DNA from: an uncultured Campylobacterales bacterium
Lineage (GTDB): Bacteria > Campylobacterota > Campylobacteria > Campylobacterales > CAZCQG01
Reading direction: 5' to 3'
NCBI GenBank assembly: GCA_964500775.1
Contig: CAZCQG010000004.1
Location: 19,383-83,382 of the forward strand
Length of the DNA: 64,000 bases
Under the pieces are notes generated by a model that ran no database searches, was not told where the DNA came from, and saw only the letters and a program-made list of their open reading frames with translations. This document shows positions 46,574 through 56,652 of this stretch, piece after piece (positions within the stretch are counted from its first letter, which is position 1; every line of letters begins with the position of its first letter). A program made the translations under genes and the position numbers.

Positions 46574-47808
46574 GCCTCCCCTTTTTCCAAAACCCCTTTT
46601 ACGTCAAACACGACACACGCCTCTTTTTTTATATTTTTTAAGGCGATGTCTTTAAACTCTCTATGCCCGACTGCCAAAACTATTGCGTCAAACCGACCTT
46701 CAAGTTTCATTATCGGCTTCAGGGAATACTCATGTTCGACCTCATTCGCATCCGCCCAAGGATCGTATACATCTACCGCGGCTCCAAATTCTTGAAGCTC
46801 ATTGATAATGTCAATCACTCGTGAATTTCTAATATCGGGGCAGTTCTCTTTAAATGTGATTCCTAGTACAAGTATCTTGGAATCTTTGATGTTAATTCCT
46901 TTGTGAATCATCATCTTTATCGTTTTATTGGCGACGGTTTTCCCCATATTGTCGTTGATTCTGCGACCCGAGAGTATCACTTGGGGATTGTACCCGAGGC
47001 TCTCGGCTTTGTGGGTGAGGTAGTAAGGATCTACCCCTATACAGTGTCCACCCACAAGCCCCGGTCTAAAGGGAAGAAAATTCCATTTCGTCCCGGCTGC
47101 CTCTAAAACTTCAATGGTATCAATTCCCATAATATCAAAGATAAGCGAGAGTTCATTGATGAAAGCGATATTAATATCTCTTTGTGCGTTCTCAATTACT
47201 TTTGCTGCCTCGGCGACCTCTATGCTGCTAGCACTATGGGTGCCTGCGGTGATTATGCTTTTATAGAGCTCATCCACCTCTTTTGCAATCGCAGGCGTTG
47301 AACCGCTCGTCACTTTTTTGATGCTTGGGAGGCGATGCTGTTTATCACCCGGGTTGATACGTTCAGGGGAGTAGCCGAGGAAAAAGTCTTCGTTATATGT
47401 GAGACCGCTCACCTCTTCTAGGATAGGTTTGCACACCTCGAGCGTGCATCCGGGATAGACGGTAGATTCGTATATTACGATGTCCCCTTTTTTTAACACC
47501 TGCCCAATCGTCTTGCTCGCACTCTGCAAAGGGCGGAGGTCGGGTTTTTTATACTCATCGATAGGGGTTGGGACGGTGACTATAAATATTTGCGCCTCTT
47601 TGAGGTCGTTGAGCTCAAAGCTATAGGAGAGTTTTTTTGCCTCTTTAAGCTCTTCAGATTCTACTTCCAAAGTACGGTCATATCCGTTTTTTAGCTCCTC
47701 AACCCTTGATCTATTGATGTCGAAACCTATGACGTTTCTTTTTTTACCGAACTCCACAGCCAAAGGAAGTCCTACGTAGCCTAGCCCGATTATCGCTACC
47801 GTTTTCAT
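46558..47808 (-). CDS. Nucleotide-sugar dehydrogenase (UDP-glucose/GDP-mannose dehydrogenase family, TviB/WbpO-like)
   Basis: 416 aa. N-terminal Rossmann [12 protein letters not shown] and the catalytic Cys region [11 protein letters not shown]. Confidence 0.8.
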   Translation of the reverse strand: MKTVAIIGLGYVGLPLAVEFGKKRNVIGFDINRSRVEELKNGYDRTLEVESEELKEAKKLSYSFELNDLKEAQIFIVTVPTPIDEYKKPDLRPLQSASKTIGQVLKKGDIVIYESTVYPGCTLEVCKPILEEVSGLTYNEDFFLGYSPERINPGDKQHRLPSIKKVTSGSTPAIAKEVDELYKSIITAGTHSASSIEVAEAAKVIENAQRDINIAFINELSLIFDIMGIDTIEVLEAAGTKWNFLPFRPGLVGGHCIGVDPYYLTHKAESLGYNPQVILSGRRINDNMGKTVANKTIKMMIHKGINIKDSKILVLGITFKENCPDIRNSRVIDIINELQEFGAAVDVYDPWADANEVEHEYSLKPIMKLEGRFDAIVLAVGHREFKDIALKNIKKEACVVFDVKGVLEKGEADARL

Positions 47809-47815
47809 ATTCCCC

Positions 47816-48868
47816 CTAGATTCTAAAAAATTCTCTATACCATTGCACGAAATTCTCTACTCCCGTTTTTATGTCTGTGTTTGGCTTGTACCCCAAATCC
47901 TCGATCAAATCACTCACGTCCGCATAGGTGCTCGGCACATCGCCGGGCTGGATGGGCATAAACTTTTTCTTCGCTGTTTTGCCGATGGAAGATTCTATCG
48001 CCTCGATGAAATCCATCAGCCGTACGGGTGAGCTGTTGCCGATGTTATAGATCTTATAGGGCGCTTTTGAGGTGCCCGGATCGGGATGTGCGCCACTCCA
48101 TGTCGGATTTGCTTTCGCAGGGGTGTCGATGACGCGCACGACCCCTTCTACTATGTCATCGATATAGGTGAAATCCCGCTGCATCTCACCGTTATTAAAC
48201 ACCTCTATCTCCCTATCTTCCAAAATCGCTTTAGTAAACAAAAATAGCGCCATATCGGGGCGTCCCCAAGGACCATAGACGGTGAAGAATCGCAGTCCCG
48301 TCGTAGGGATACCAAAGAGGTGCGAATAGGTATGTGCCATAAGCTCATTGCTTTTTTTGCTCGCGGCATAGAGGCTGATGGGGTGGTCTACGTTGTGATG
48401 CACCGAAAAAGGCTGCGTTTCATTGAGGCCGTAGACGCTAGAGCTGCTAGCATACGCCAAATGTTCGATACCGTATTTTCTACACGATTCCAAAATATTT
48501 AAAAATCCCGTGATATTACTGGACATATAGGCGTGGGGATTGATAAGCGAGTAGCGCACTCCCGCTTGTGCAGCGAGATTGCACACTCTGTCAAATTTTT
48601 GCGATGCGAAGAGTGCATCGATCCCCTCTTTGTCGTCAAGGTCGAGTTTGATGAATTTATAGTTCGGGTATTTTGCGGAATCTAGAAGCTTCCCATACTC
48701 TACTTTTGCTACTTCTATCCCGCTCCGCTCTAGCCGGCCGTATTTTACGTTTACGTCGTAGTAGTCATTTACGACATCCAAACCAACGACCTCATCACCG
48801 CGCTCCAAAAGCCTTTGCGCCGTAAAAGAGCCGATAAAGCCTGCCGTCCCCGTTACTAAAACCTTCAT
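47816..48868 (-). CDS. NAD-dependent nucleotide-sugar epimerase (UDP-glucuronate 4-epimerase-like SDR)
   Basis: 350 aa. [10 protein letters not shown] Rossmann motif and SDR catalytic YAASK. Confidence 0.8.
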   Translation of the reverse strand: MKVLVTGTAGFIGSFTAQRLLERGDEVVGLDVVNDYYDVNVKYGRLERSGIEVAKVEYGKLLDSAKYPNYKFIKLDLDDKEGIDALFASQKFDRVCNLAAQAGVRYSLINPHAYMSSNITGFLNILESCRKYGIEHLAYASSSSVYGLNETQPFSVHHNVDHPISLYAASKKSNELMAHTYSHLFGIPTTGLRFFTVYGPWGRPDMALFLFTKAILEDREIEVFNNGEMQRDFTYIDDIVEGVVRVIDTPAKANPTWSGAHPDPGTSKAPYKIYNIGNSSPVRLMDFIEAIESSIGKTAKKKFMPIQPGDVPSTYADVSDLIEDLGYKPNTDIKTGVENFVQWYREFFRI

Positions 48869-49981
48869 CTATTTTAGTACCTCGTAATATTTTTGGACAA
48901 AGATTCTATTCGCTTCTCCGTCAAACTTTCTCATTCCGATTCGCTCCATCGCAATCTCTACCGCATTGACCGCCCACAGCGCGTCGCTCACGTCGATAAG
49001 TCCCATGTGGTTGATGCGGAATATCTTCCCCTTGAGGTCATCTTGCCCGCCGGCTATATTTACATTGAGATCATTTTTTAGCGTCTTTCTTATTTTTTCG
49101 GCATTTTCGTCTATGACGGTAGTCATAGAATCCGCAGGGGTTTTGGGATAAATTTTTAGCCCTAATGCTTTGAGTGATTCCCTTGTCGCCTCGGCTCTAG
49201 CATGCGTTTGTCTGTAGAGGTTCTCTACGCCCATTGCAAAAAACTCTTCAAGTATCGCACCAAGACCTATGGTAAGCGTAGTCGCGGCCGTCCAAGCGGT
49301 AGTATTTTTTCGTTGATTCTTTAGCTCGGTGGCGAGGTTGAAATAAAATCCTCTACTTGATTCCTCTATCCTTTTTACCGCAAGTGCGCTCAACCCGATA
49401 AATGCTAACCCGGGAGGAAGCATAAAAGCTTTTTGGCTCCCTCCGATAAGAGCGTCGATATTAGTTACATCTATCTGCTCGACACCGAAAGCCGTAATTC
49501 CATCGGCAATAACCGCTATGTTTGGATTAATAGCTTTGACTGCCGCCGCGACCCTTTCTACCGGATGGCGCAATCCTCCGGCACTCTCGCTTATTTGGAT
49601 ACAGATAGTGTCTATTTCACTATTGTTTTTTACCGCATTTACTACATCTTCTACGGATACGGGAGTATCCCACTCGTATTTGAGTTCTGTGTTTTTTATG
49701 CCGTGTGCTTTTGCGATCTTGCCGAATCGTTCACCGAATTTTCCCGCATTGACGTTAAGCGATTCTTTTTTGCAGAGATTTATGAGCGCGGCTTCCATCG
49801 CTCCGCTACCGCTAGAGCAAAGCATGATGGCTTCTTCCATTCCGTAGAGCGCAATGAGCATTTCTCTAGTTTTTTGGAAAATCGCTTCAAATTCGGGGGT
49901 TCTGTGATGTATTGTCGGAGTAGCCATAGCCATTCTGACAAATTCGGGAACCGGTGTTGGTCCCGGAGTAAAGAGTTTCAT
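48869..49981 (-). CDS. Class V pyridoxal-phosphate aminotransferase (serine-pyruvate/alanine-glyoxylate/phosphoserine aminotransferase family)
   Basis: 370 aa. LFTPGPTPVP N-terminus, SGSGAMEAAL and the PLP-Lys region GGSQKAFMLPPG. Confidence 0.75.
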   Translation of the reverse strand: MKLFTPGPTPVPEFVRMAMATPTIHHRTPEFEAIFQKTREMLIALYGMEEAIMLCSSGSGAMEAALINLCKKESLNVNAGKFGERFGKIAKAHGIKNTELKYEWDTPVSVEDVVNAVKNNSEIDTICIQISESAGGLRHPVERVAAAVKAINPNIAVIADGITAFGVEQIDVTNIDALIGGSQKAFMLPPGLAFIGLSALAVKRIEESSRGFYFNLATELKNQRKNTTAWTAATTLTIGLGAILEEFFAMGVENLYRQTHARAEATRESLKALGLKIYPKTPADSMTTVIDENAEKIRKTLKNDLNVNIAGGQDDLKGKIFRINHMGLIDVSDALWAVNAVEIAMERIGMRKFDGEANRIFVQKYYEVLK

Positions 49982-49996
49982 TTTTTGACCTTGCTT

Positions 49997-50264
49997 AAGG
50001 GCACCTCTAAAAATTCTATACGGTCATAGCTTACAGAGCTTTTTCGTAGGCAAGGCGCACCGACACAGAACTACTTAGGTAATTCAAGAAGGTGCAACGA
50101 AGCTTGCGGAAAAGCTCTATAAGCCCAAAGGGAAGGGAAATTTAAGGCAATCTTTTGCGAGATATTTCCTAAACATAGCTACGGCTATGCCTGCAGAAAT
50201 CTCTCACCAAATCTTACCCCGACTTTCCCTTCTATGACTGCATAGAATTTTTAGAGGTGCCCTT
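49997..50264. repeat. 268-nt nested inverted-repeat element (33-bp closing stem enclosing two long imperfect hairpins); function unknown
   Basis: Hand pairing. 49997-50029 pairs with 50232-50264: 31 Watson-Crick pairs, 1 G-T and 1 A-C, with the outer 23 bp perfect. 50030-50051 pairs with 50102-50123: 18 WC, 3 G-T and 1 C-A. 50132-50168 pairs with 50196-50232: 27 WC of 37. An apical mini-hairpin CATAGC tacg GCTATG sits at 50174-50189. Confidence 0.85.
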
Positions 50265-50356
50265 TAATTAAAAATAGTGTCGTATTTTACTATGTAGGAG
50301 TATAAAAAGAGTTTATCGGTTATAATAACGAAAATTTTTATCATCTAGGAATATTT

Positions 50357-50812
50357 ATGTTTAAATTACTCTGTGTACTGTTTTTATCGGCTGCCCTATT
50401 TGCAACGGGGCTACGCGTCGGCACAACAATCTCTCCTTTAGAGCTTCAAGATCAATTTGAAAAAAAAGTCGTTGCAAACAAGGAAACAAGATTTCTTTTG
50501 ATCGCCACAACCAAAGAGCACGGAAAACAGATTGACAAATTCCTTGTTTCAAAAGGCGGAGATAGTTATTTGCTAGACAAAAAAATGATCTATATTTCAG
50601 ATCTCACCGCAGCACCCTCTTTTGTAGTAAACACTTTTATGCTGCCGAAATTTAAAAAATACACGTACCCTATAGGTCTCTTGCGCGAAGATTCTCAAAG
50701 GGAAATTCTACCGATTCTCGACTCTAAAATTTCGTTTGTTACGTTAGAAAATATGGTTATTCAAAAGATAGAGTATTTTGATACTGCGACTTTTTTAGAA
50801 AACATCAAATAA
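50357..50812 (+). CDS. Secreted hypothetical protein (signal peptide; faint resemblance to YtfJ/thioredoxin-like-fold periplasmic proteins)
   Basis: 151 aa with the leader MFKLLCVLFLSAALFATG. It has no Cys motif. The family resemblance is by eye only. Confidence 0.55.
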   Translation: MFKLLCVLFLSAALFATGLRVGTTISPLELQDQFEKKVVANKETRFLLIATTKEHGKQIDKFLVSKGGDSYLLDKKMIYISDLTAAPSFVVNTFMLPKFKKYTYPIGLLREDSQREILPILDSKISFVTLENMVIQKIEYFDTATFLENIK

Positions 50813-51629
50813 ATAAATTATCGAGTAACCGCACCCCTTCTACTCTTGCGACGACAAGTATAAGGGTCTCCCCTTTTTTAATGACATCCTCTTTTTTAAA
50901 CTCCCTATCTACGATCTCGATGTAATCTATCTCTAAATCCCCGAGCACTCCCTCCATCTCTTTGCGTACTTTTCTAGGGTCAAGCTCCCCTTGTCCTATT
51001 AAGGTAGATGCTTTTTTCAAAGACTTTGCTATAAGTAGCGCCCGATTTCTACCCTCTTTGCTTAGATACGCATTGCGGCTACTCATAGCCAGTCCATCGC
51101 TCTCTCGCACTATGTCGCAAGGGATGATTTCTGTATCCAAAAAATATTCTCTGACCATTTTTTGTATTAAAAAAAGTTGTTGTGCGTCTTTTTTTCCAAA
51201 ATATGCACGAGTCGGATTTACTATGTGTAATAGCTTCATAACAACCGTAAGCATACCGCTAAAATGTCCCGGGCGATCGAAACCTTCTATAATATAGCCG
51301 CAAATTTTTGGAGCTTGCATATTTATCTCGTCTCTAAAATAGATTGATTCGGTATCGGGTATAAATAGTATATCCACGTCTGCCCGTTTGCAGACATCTT
51401 TATCACCCTCGATTCTCCTTGGATATTTGGTAAAATCTTCCCCTTCTAGAAATTGTTTCGGATTAACAAATATCGAAACTACCGTTATCTCATTCTCTTT
51501 TTTTGATCTATTTATCAACGAGAGGTGCCCATTATGAAGTGCCCCCATCGTAGGGACAAACCCGACAGAAGCCTTTTTCTCTTTTAAGATTCTTTTTAGC
51601 TCATAAACATCGCTTACAACTTCCATCAC
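50805..51629 (-). CDS. panC: Pantoate--beta-alanine ligase
   Basis: 274 aa. [13 protein letters not shown] (HIGH-like) and FGKKDAQQ. Confidence 0.92.
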   Translation of the reverse strand: MMEVVSDVYELKRILKEKKASVGFVPTMGALHNGHLSLINRSKKENEITVVSIFVNPKQFLEGEDFTKYPRRIEGDKDVCKRADVDILFIPDTESIYFRDEINMQAPKICGYIIEGFDRPGHFSGMLTVVMKLLHIVNPTRAYFGKKDAQQLFLIQKMVREYFLDTEIIPCDIVRESDGLAMSSRNAYLSKEGRNRALLIAKSLKKASTLIGQGELDPRKVRKEMEGVLGDLEIDYIEIVDREFKKEDVIKKGETLILVVARVEGVRLLDNLFI

Positions 51630-51693
51630 TTCCCCGCAAGCACAAAGATATTATAATTCGCGAAATTATAGCGTCTCAAACGTTAGGAGCAAT

Positions 51694-52797
51694 ATGGATA
51701 GTTATGAATACGGTGAGCTATTAAAGGAGCTTGCCTCAAAAGAGCAAAATATCAGGGGTATCGTCAAACCCGAGACATTAGAGGCGCGCCTCAAAGAGAT
51801 TGAAACGATGCAAAATGATGATGATTTTTGGAGCGATGCTAAAAAAGCCGCGGATATTCAAAAGGAAAAAATCTCCATCGGAAGAGTCTTGGAGAAGTAT
51901 TATGATGCCAAAAACAGTATCTATGATGCGATAGAACTTTTCGAGATAGCTACCGCGGAAAAGGATGATGACACATTAGCTGCACTATTTGAAGAATCTA
52001 CCGCACTCGGTTCGAAAATAAAAAATGCCGAGGTCGAAGTGATGCTAAGCGGCGAGTTTGATAGCAACAATGCCATCGTCTCCATCCACCCGGGTGCAGG
52101 CGGTACCGAATCGCAAGACTGGGCGAGTATTTTATATCGTATGTATTTGCGTTGGGCAGAGCGACGAGGATTTAAAGTCGAGCTTTTGGATTACCAAGAC
52201 GGTGAAGAGGCGGGCATCAAGGATGTCAGCTTTATCATCAAAGGAGAAAACGCATACGGCTATTTAAAAGTCGAAAACGGCATCCATAGACTAGTAAGAA
52301 TCTCCCCTTTTGATAGCAACGCAAGACGCCATACAAGCTTCACCTCTGTCCTCGTTAGCCCCGAGATAGACGACGACATAGAGATCGAGATCGAAGAGAG
52401 AGACCTAAAAATCGATACCTACCGAGCTAGCGGTGCGGGTGGGCAACACGTAAACAAAACAGAATCGGCAATACGCATAACCCATATCCCTACGGGAATC
52501 GTAGTCCAATGCCAAAACGACAGATCGCAACACAAGAATAAAGCCACCGCAATGAAGATGCTCAAATCAAGACTTTATGAGCTTGAGTTAGAGGCAAGAG
52601 AAGCCGAAAAGAGCGGCAAACCAAAAAGCGAAATAGGCTGGGGACACCAAATACGAAGTTATGTCCTCGCCCCTTATCAGCAGATAAAAGACACTAGAAG
52701 CAACGAAGCATTTTCTAATACCGAAGCGATTCTTGACGGTGACCTTGATGAGCTTATAGAAGGAGTACTTGTCGCAGAATCATCAAAAGTAGAATAA
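51694..52797 (+). CDS. prfB: Peptide chain release factor 2, encoded in a single uninterrupted frame
   Basis: 367 aa. SPF tripeptide (RISPFDS) and GGQ ([14 protein letters not shown]). There is no in-frame TGA or frameshift site near codon 25. Confidence 0.92.
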   Translation: MDSYEYGELLKELASKEQNIRGIVKPETLEARLKEIETMQNDDDFWSDAKKAADIQKEKISIGRVLEKYYDAKNSIYDAIELFEIATAEKDDDTLAALFEESTALGSKIKNAEVEVMLSGEFDSNNAIVSIHPGAGGTESQDWASILYRMYLRWAERRGFKVELLDYQDGEEAGIKDVSFIIKGENAYGYLKVENGIHRLVRISPFDSNARRHTSFTSVLVSPEIDDDIEIEIEERDLKIDTYRASGAGGQHVNKTESAIRITHIPTGIVVQCQNDRSQHKNKATAMKMLKSRLYELELEAREAEKSGKPKSEIGWGHQIRSYVLAPYQQIKDTRSNEAFSNTEAILDGDLDELIEGVLVAESSKVE

Positions 52798-52850
52798 TTA
52801 GCTAACGGAATAAATTTTGCTTTACTCTTTAAAATTTAAATGGAGCTTAA

Positions 52851-52994
52851 ATGGAATTTATCGCCGTTATTGCCGCTTTTTTATTCGTTGCATTATTGGT
52901 GAGGTTGGCAAAGCCCAGTAAAAGTAAAAAAGAGGGCGACCACTGTTTTTCCATAAAAAACGTCCGCTATACTATGATGGATAGCGAAATTTAA
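52851..52994 (+). CDS. Unlisted 47-aa small membrane protein
   Basis: Not in the ORF track. It reads MEFIAVIAAFLFVALLVRLAKPSKSKKEGDHCFSIKNVRYTMMDSEI. GGAG lies 5 nt upstream. Its stop overlaps the stop of the convergent gene. Confidence 0.4.
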   Translation: MEFIAVIAAFLFVALLVRLAKPSKSKKEGDHCFSIKNVRYTMMDSEI

Positions 52995-53914
52995 TTTATT
53001 AGCGTAGCCTCGCTTTTTTCCACTAAACATATCGGGTTGTAAGAGAGTTTCGCTTTACGCAACCCTTCTATCCCTAAATCTTCCTCTCTGTTGACGAATT
53101 TATAATTACTCCATTCATTTTCAAGAAATTGTTGGTTTATCATTTGATACGCGCCGTGTAGGTTAGTATCGGCTTTTTCAGTATGAATCACCACACACTC
53201 TTCGTTGAGTGCTTCACCAAAACTAAATGCCGCTATCTTCTCCTCTACCCGCAAAAGACCGCCGCGAATGGAGAGTTTATCAAAATGACGCATCACTTCG
53301 ACCGTCCCTATAAACTCGTTCTTCAATCCTTCGTTTACCTTGTCGCCGATCTCGCCAAACCAAATCCTCCACGCCTCCAAAAGCTCACCGACATTATGTT
53401 CGGTCACTTTTTCATATTTATACTCATAGAGTTCTTTAAATCTATTGAGATGATTTTTTTTCTTGTGGTATTTCCGCCCCTTTAGCTCTATGAGCTCTGG
53501 TATAGAATAGATATAATCGAAACGATCTCTGTTTTTAACGATTGAGAACTCCCCTATATTTGATACGATGAGTTCCTCGACCTCGGAATCTAATAAAGAC
53601 TTGATGGCAAAAGGAAGGCTATTGTCTAAAAAATACTCTTTTGCTTTACTAAGTGCGCCTATCTTATCGCCTGTCCCTATGGGATAAAATATAAAAGGAT
53701 TCTGATTGGGATATTGCGTCTTAATAAGAAGAGTATCATCGACAATCGCATAGCAAATCGCTCTGCTAAAATGCCAAATAAAAAGGTTTGTAAAAGTTAC
53801 GTCCGATATTTTTAAAGAGGAGTTTTTCGTAAAACTCTCTATTAGCTCTCTATCGGCAATATCTATGGGTTTCCACTGCATTAAAATCTTTTTGTTTTTA
53901 TTGGATTCTAACAA
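52991..53914 (-). CDS. DUF2156-like protein (fold related to the C-terminal domain of aminoacyl-phosphatidylglycerol synthases)
   Basis: 307 aa. ISDVTFTNLFIWHF near the N-terminus and the overall length match stand-alone DUF2156 proteins as I recall them. Tentative. Confidence 0.5.
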   Translation of the reverse strand: MLESNKNKKILMQWKPIDIADRELIESFTKNSSLKISDVTFTNLFIWHFSRAICYAIVDDTLLIKTQYPNQNPFIFYPIGTGDKIGALSKAKEYFLDNSLPFAIKSLLDSEVEELIVSNIGEFSIVKNRDRFDYIYSIPELIELKGRKYHKKKNHLNRFKELYEYKYEKVTEHNVGELLEAWRIWFGEIGDKVNEGLKNEFIGTVEVMRHFDKLSIRGGLLRVEEKIAAFSFGEALNEECVVIHTEKADTNLHGAYQMINQQFLENEWSNYKFVNREEDLGIEGLRKAKLSYNPICLVEKSEATLIN

Positions 53915-53920
53915 AAAGTA

Positions 53921-54178
53921 TTAAAAAACAGCGTCAAATCTATTATTACTTTTCGACTGTGTTAAAAAAGCTCTGCTTTTCTTTATATCTTGGAGTGATT
54001 TAAGCAGCCTTACGCGCTCTGCTTCGACTATCTCTTTGGCTTCCAATACCAAATCTGCAGCACTTTTCGCACTCTCTAGATTCTCAAATGTCGGCACTCT
54101 CGCAGTTAGTTTTCCGATAGCTTCGGCATCCCTTTGGAGAATTGCTATCTTAAGACTGTTTAGCCAATTCGTTTGCAT
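53921..54178 (-). CDS. Small helical hypothetical protein downstream of fliS (possible flagellar chaperone-type protein)
   Basis: 85-aa ORF overlapping the fliS 3' end by 29 nt. Supported by context only. Confidence 0.45.
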   Translation of the reverse strand: MQTNWLNSLKIAILQRDAEAIGKLTARVPTFENLESAKSAADLVLEAKEIVEAERVRLLKSLQDIKKSRAFLTQSKSNNRFDAVF

Positions 54179-54539
54179 GTATCTCCTTCCAAGCTTCTAA
54201 TAGCCCTTTCGTGACTTTTATAACGACATCTATCTTCTCTTTATTGTTCTCAATATTAGCCTGCGTGAGGGTTTTTATCTGATGACTGTAGAGACCCGTA
54301 AGATAGTGCGCTACCTGCCCCCCTTTTTCATAATCTAGAGAGTTAAGCAGTTCGGTAAAAATATCGGTTGTTTTATTTATATAATAGATTTTCTTTTCTA
54401 TATCATCATCATCTATCGCACGCTTTGCAAACGACGTAAAACGCAAGATTCCTTCATAGAGCATCTCAATAAGTTTTGCCGGCGATTCTACCGTAACGGA
54501 GTTTTGCTGGTATGACGTATAGGCGGCAAAATTTCTCAT
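54150..54539 (-). CDS. fliS: Flagellin-specific chaperone FliS
   Basis: 129 aa. Y..N.V.T.SP.KLI.MLYEG pattern, in fliD-fliS order. Confidence 0.88.
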   Translation of the reverse strand: MRNFAAYTSYQQNSVTVESPAKLIEMLYEGILRFTSFAKRAIDDDDIEKKIYYINKTTDIFTELLNSLDYEKGGQVAHYLTGLYSHQIKTLTQANIENNKEKIDVVIKVTKGLLEAWKEIHANELAKQS

Positions 54540-54551
54540 CGATAAACCTTA

Positions 54552-56636
54552 TTAACTATTTGCAAGTGCATCAATTTGCATTTGCAGTGATTGGAAAGAG
54601 GCATTTATGCTAGCGATGATGCTATCGTATGCCGCAAATTTATTCGCCATAATCTCATACCTCGTATCAAGCATTTTTACAGCACTTGTTCTATCGTCGG
54701 TAAGCTTATCCGCTTCGCTCTCCAGTGAATTGCCGAATGTTGTAAGTAGCCCGGATGTGCTATTGAGCATGCCGTCTAGATAATCATAAAATTTTGTAAA
54801 TACGCCGTCAAACTCTTTTTCTTGCCCAAGTACTGTCGCAGTATATCCCCTAAAGAGTGACTCTGCGCCTTCGCTATCGCCGTTTACCTTGCTTGTAAGT
54901 TTTTCCTCGTCGAGTTCCAATTGCCCGTCTTCATTGAGATATATGCCGTATGCGACCAAAGAGTTGTTGTTCGCATCTGTCGTTAATAAGATATTGTTGA
55001 GGTAGGACTTAATGCTGACGATATTGGTCTCCCCTTGAAAAACACCAGCAACCGCAGTATCGCTATCATACTTTGTTGCCTCTGTGAGCTTAGATACTAG
55101 CTCGTTATACGTCTCCACGAAGCTTTTCACGTCCTCTATTACCGACTCAATGTCCTGTTTGACGCTAATGACCGACTTTTCACCGACATCATGCTCGCTC
55201 TCTAAGGTAATTGATAGTCCGCTCACTATGTCATCTATATAGTTGCCGCTTCGAGTTATCAAAATATCGTTATAGGTAAATTCCGCATCCCTCCCGACTT
55301 GCATATTGTCTAGATTCATCTTGTTTTCCAACAAGAACGCACCGCTCTTATAAGTTACTGCATTGAGACCTATATTATTTATAAACTCTTCGCTCTCGCT
55401 AAGCTCATCATCATTACTTCCCGCAGCACTAATCTCAATCGCGCCGCCGCTAGCTTCACTAATATAAAATCCCGTCCCGTCTTCATTAAGTGATGCACTC
55501 ACGTCGGCTATTCCTGCAGCGTTGATTGCATCCACTATTGCTTGCGCATTTGCGGAGGCGCTATTTGAAGCGGGTGTCGAGATACTCACCTCCGTCCCGT
55601 TTATCTTAAAACTCCCGTCCAACGAAGCACTCTGCACCGTTTGGCTCGCCGCAGAATAATCAATACTCTTCGTATCGGTATCAAAACCTAATGCAGCGGC
55701 GTATGTTCCTCCAATGGTTATATCGTATCCTCTACTATCATTAATGATAATTCTCTTGCTCTCTCCCGTAACATTGATATGTATAGGCTTGTTTCTAGCT
55801 TCTTCGCTATCCACATTATCCTCATCAAACATCACATCGGAAAGATCCGCGCCGTAGTCGTCTATCGCATCTATTATCGCTTGTTTCAATGCCTTCGCGT
55901 TATCGCTAGCCGAGCTATCACTATCGGTAGTCGGTATCGTAATGTCTAAAGTCACGTCATTCCCGTTTTTATCTTTGAGCGTCACCGTCAAATCTCCGAC
56001 TGCGTCTGCTTCCAAAGCACCCCCGATAATCGTGTCCGATATGACGCTAGTTCCGAAATAGATTTTATTTTCAGCACCTGTATCTTTGGAGTTTATCATT
56101 AGCTGATACGGCTTATCACCACCGGTCTTGAGGATAGTTCCTACGATCTCCCCGCCCGTTTCATCCGTGATTTTTTGCGCTACATCTTCAAGGGTATCGC
56201 CGGCATCAATATCGATGTAATATTCGTTCGCACCTTGCTGAAAAAAAAGTCTACTACTATAATTGGAAAAAGTGGCACTTCTTGATTCAAACTTTGAACC
56301 CACTTCATAAATATCGCTTTTTGCGAGTTTATTTACGTGAATCTCAATATCTTGAGGGACTAGACCAGCACCCGCGCTTGCACTCACCCCTTCGCCGCTG
56401 ATACTCGTACTTCTTTCTAGATACGATGATGTGTCGGATATGCCGTAGGATAATGATTTCAAAGAGCCTAACGAAGTTTGCAAATCGGCTAGCGAGGTTT
56501 GTTTTTCGGTGTTCTTCTTTATTTTTTTATCTATGGGGGTTATTATTCCGTCTTCATCCGCAGCTCGTAGCTTATCTATAACGTCATAAGTAAGAACACT
56601 ACTCCCAATCCCTAAAGAACTTAACGTACTAGCCAT
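54552..56636 (-). CDS. fliD: Flagellar filament capping protein FliD
   Basis: 694 aa. N-terminal SSLGIGS...IDKL.AAD, C-terminal coiled-coil with RYE..F..YD. Thr/Ser/Asp-rich centre. Confidence 0.85.
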   Translation of the reverse strand: MASTLSSLGIGSSVLTYDVIDKLRAADEDGIITPIDKKIKKNTEKQTSLADLQTSLGSLKSLSYGISDTSSYLERSTSISGEGVSASAGAGLVPQDIEIHVNKLAKSDIYEVGSKFESRSATFSNYSSRLFFQQGANEYYIDIDAGDTLEDVAQKITDETGGEIVGTILKTGGDKPYQLMINSKDTGAENKIYFGTSVISDTIIGGALEADAVGDLTVTLKDKNGNDVTLDITIPTTDSDSSASDNAKALKQAIIDAIDDYGADLSDVMFDEDNVDSEEARNKPIHINVTGESKRIIINDSRGYDITIGGTYAAALGFDTDTKSIDYSAASQTVQSASLDGSFKINGTEVSISTPASNSASANAQAIVDAINAAGIADVSASLNEDGTGFYISEASGGAIEISAAGSNDDELSESEEFINNIGLNAVTYKSGAFLLENKMNLDNMQVGRDAEFTYNDILITRSGNYIDDIVSGLSITLESEHDVGEKSVISVKQDIESVIEDVKSFVETYNELVSKLTEATKYDSDTAVAGVFQGETNIVSIKSYLNNILLTTDANNNSLVAYGIYLNEDGQLELDEEKLTSKVNGDSEGAESLFRGYTATVLGQEKEFDGVFTKFYDYLDGMLNSTSGLLTTFGNSLESEADKLTDDRTSAVKMLDTRYEIMANKFAAYDSIIASINASFQSLQMQIDALANS

Positions 56637-56652
56637 TCGTCATCCTTTGTAT

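Noticed and set aside
49433-50029. A 198-aa ORF antisense to the aminotransferase gene, reaching into the palindromic element.
   Set aside because: The minus strand carries a complete class V aminotransferase. The plus-strand frame has no RBS or motifs.
49997-50264. Whether the structured element is a known housekeeping RNA (tmRNA, RNase P, SRP/4.5S, 6S) or a retron/omega RNA.
   Set aside because: There is no tRNA-like 3' end or tag ORF, no GAGGAAAGUCC-type RNase P core, and no SRP domain IV motif. Its architecture is a three-way junction rather than a 6S-type bubble. No RT, IscB/TnpB or transposase gene is adjacent. It is kept as an unassigned element in the findings.
51694-51800. The programmed +1 frameshift site expected in prfB (CTT TGA C near codon 25).
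   Set aside because: The RF2 reading frame is continuous ([15 protein letters not shown]) with no in-frame TGA. This prfB simply lacks the autoregulatory frameshift, as a minority of bacteria do.
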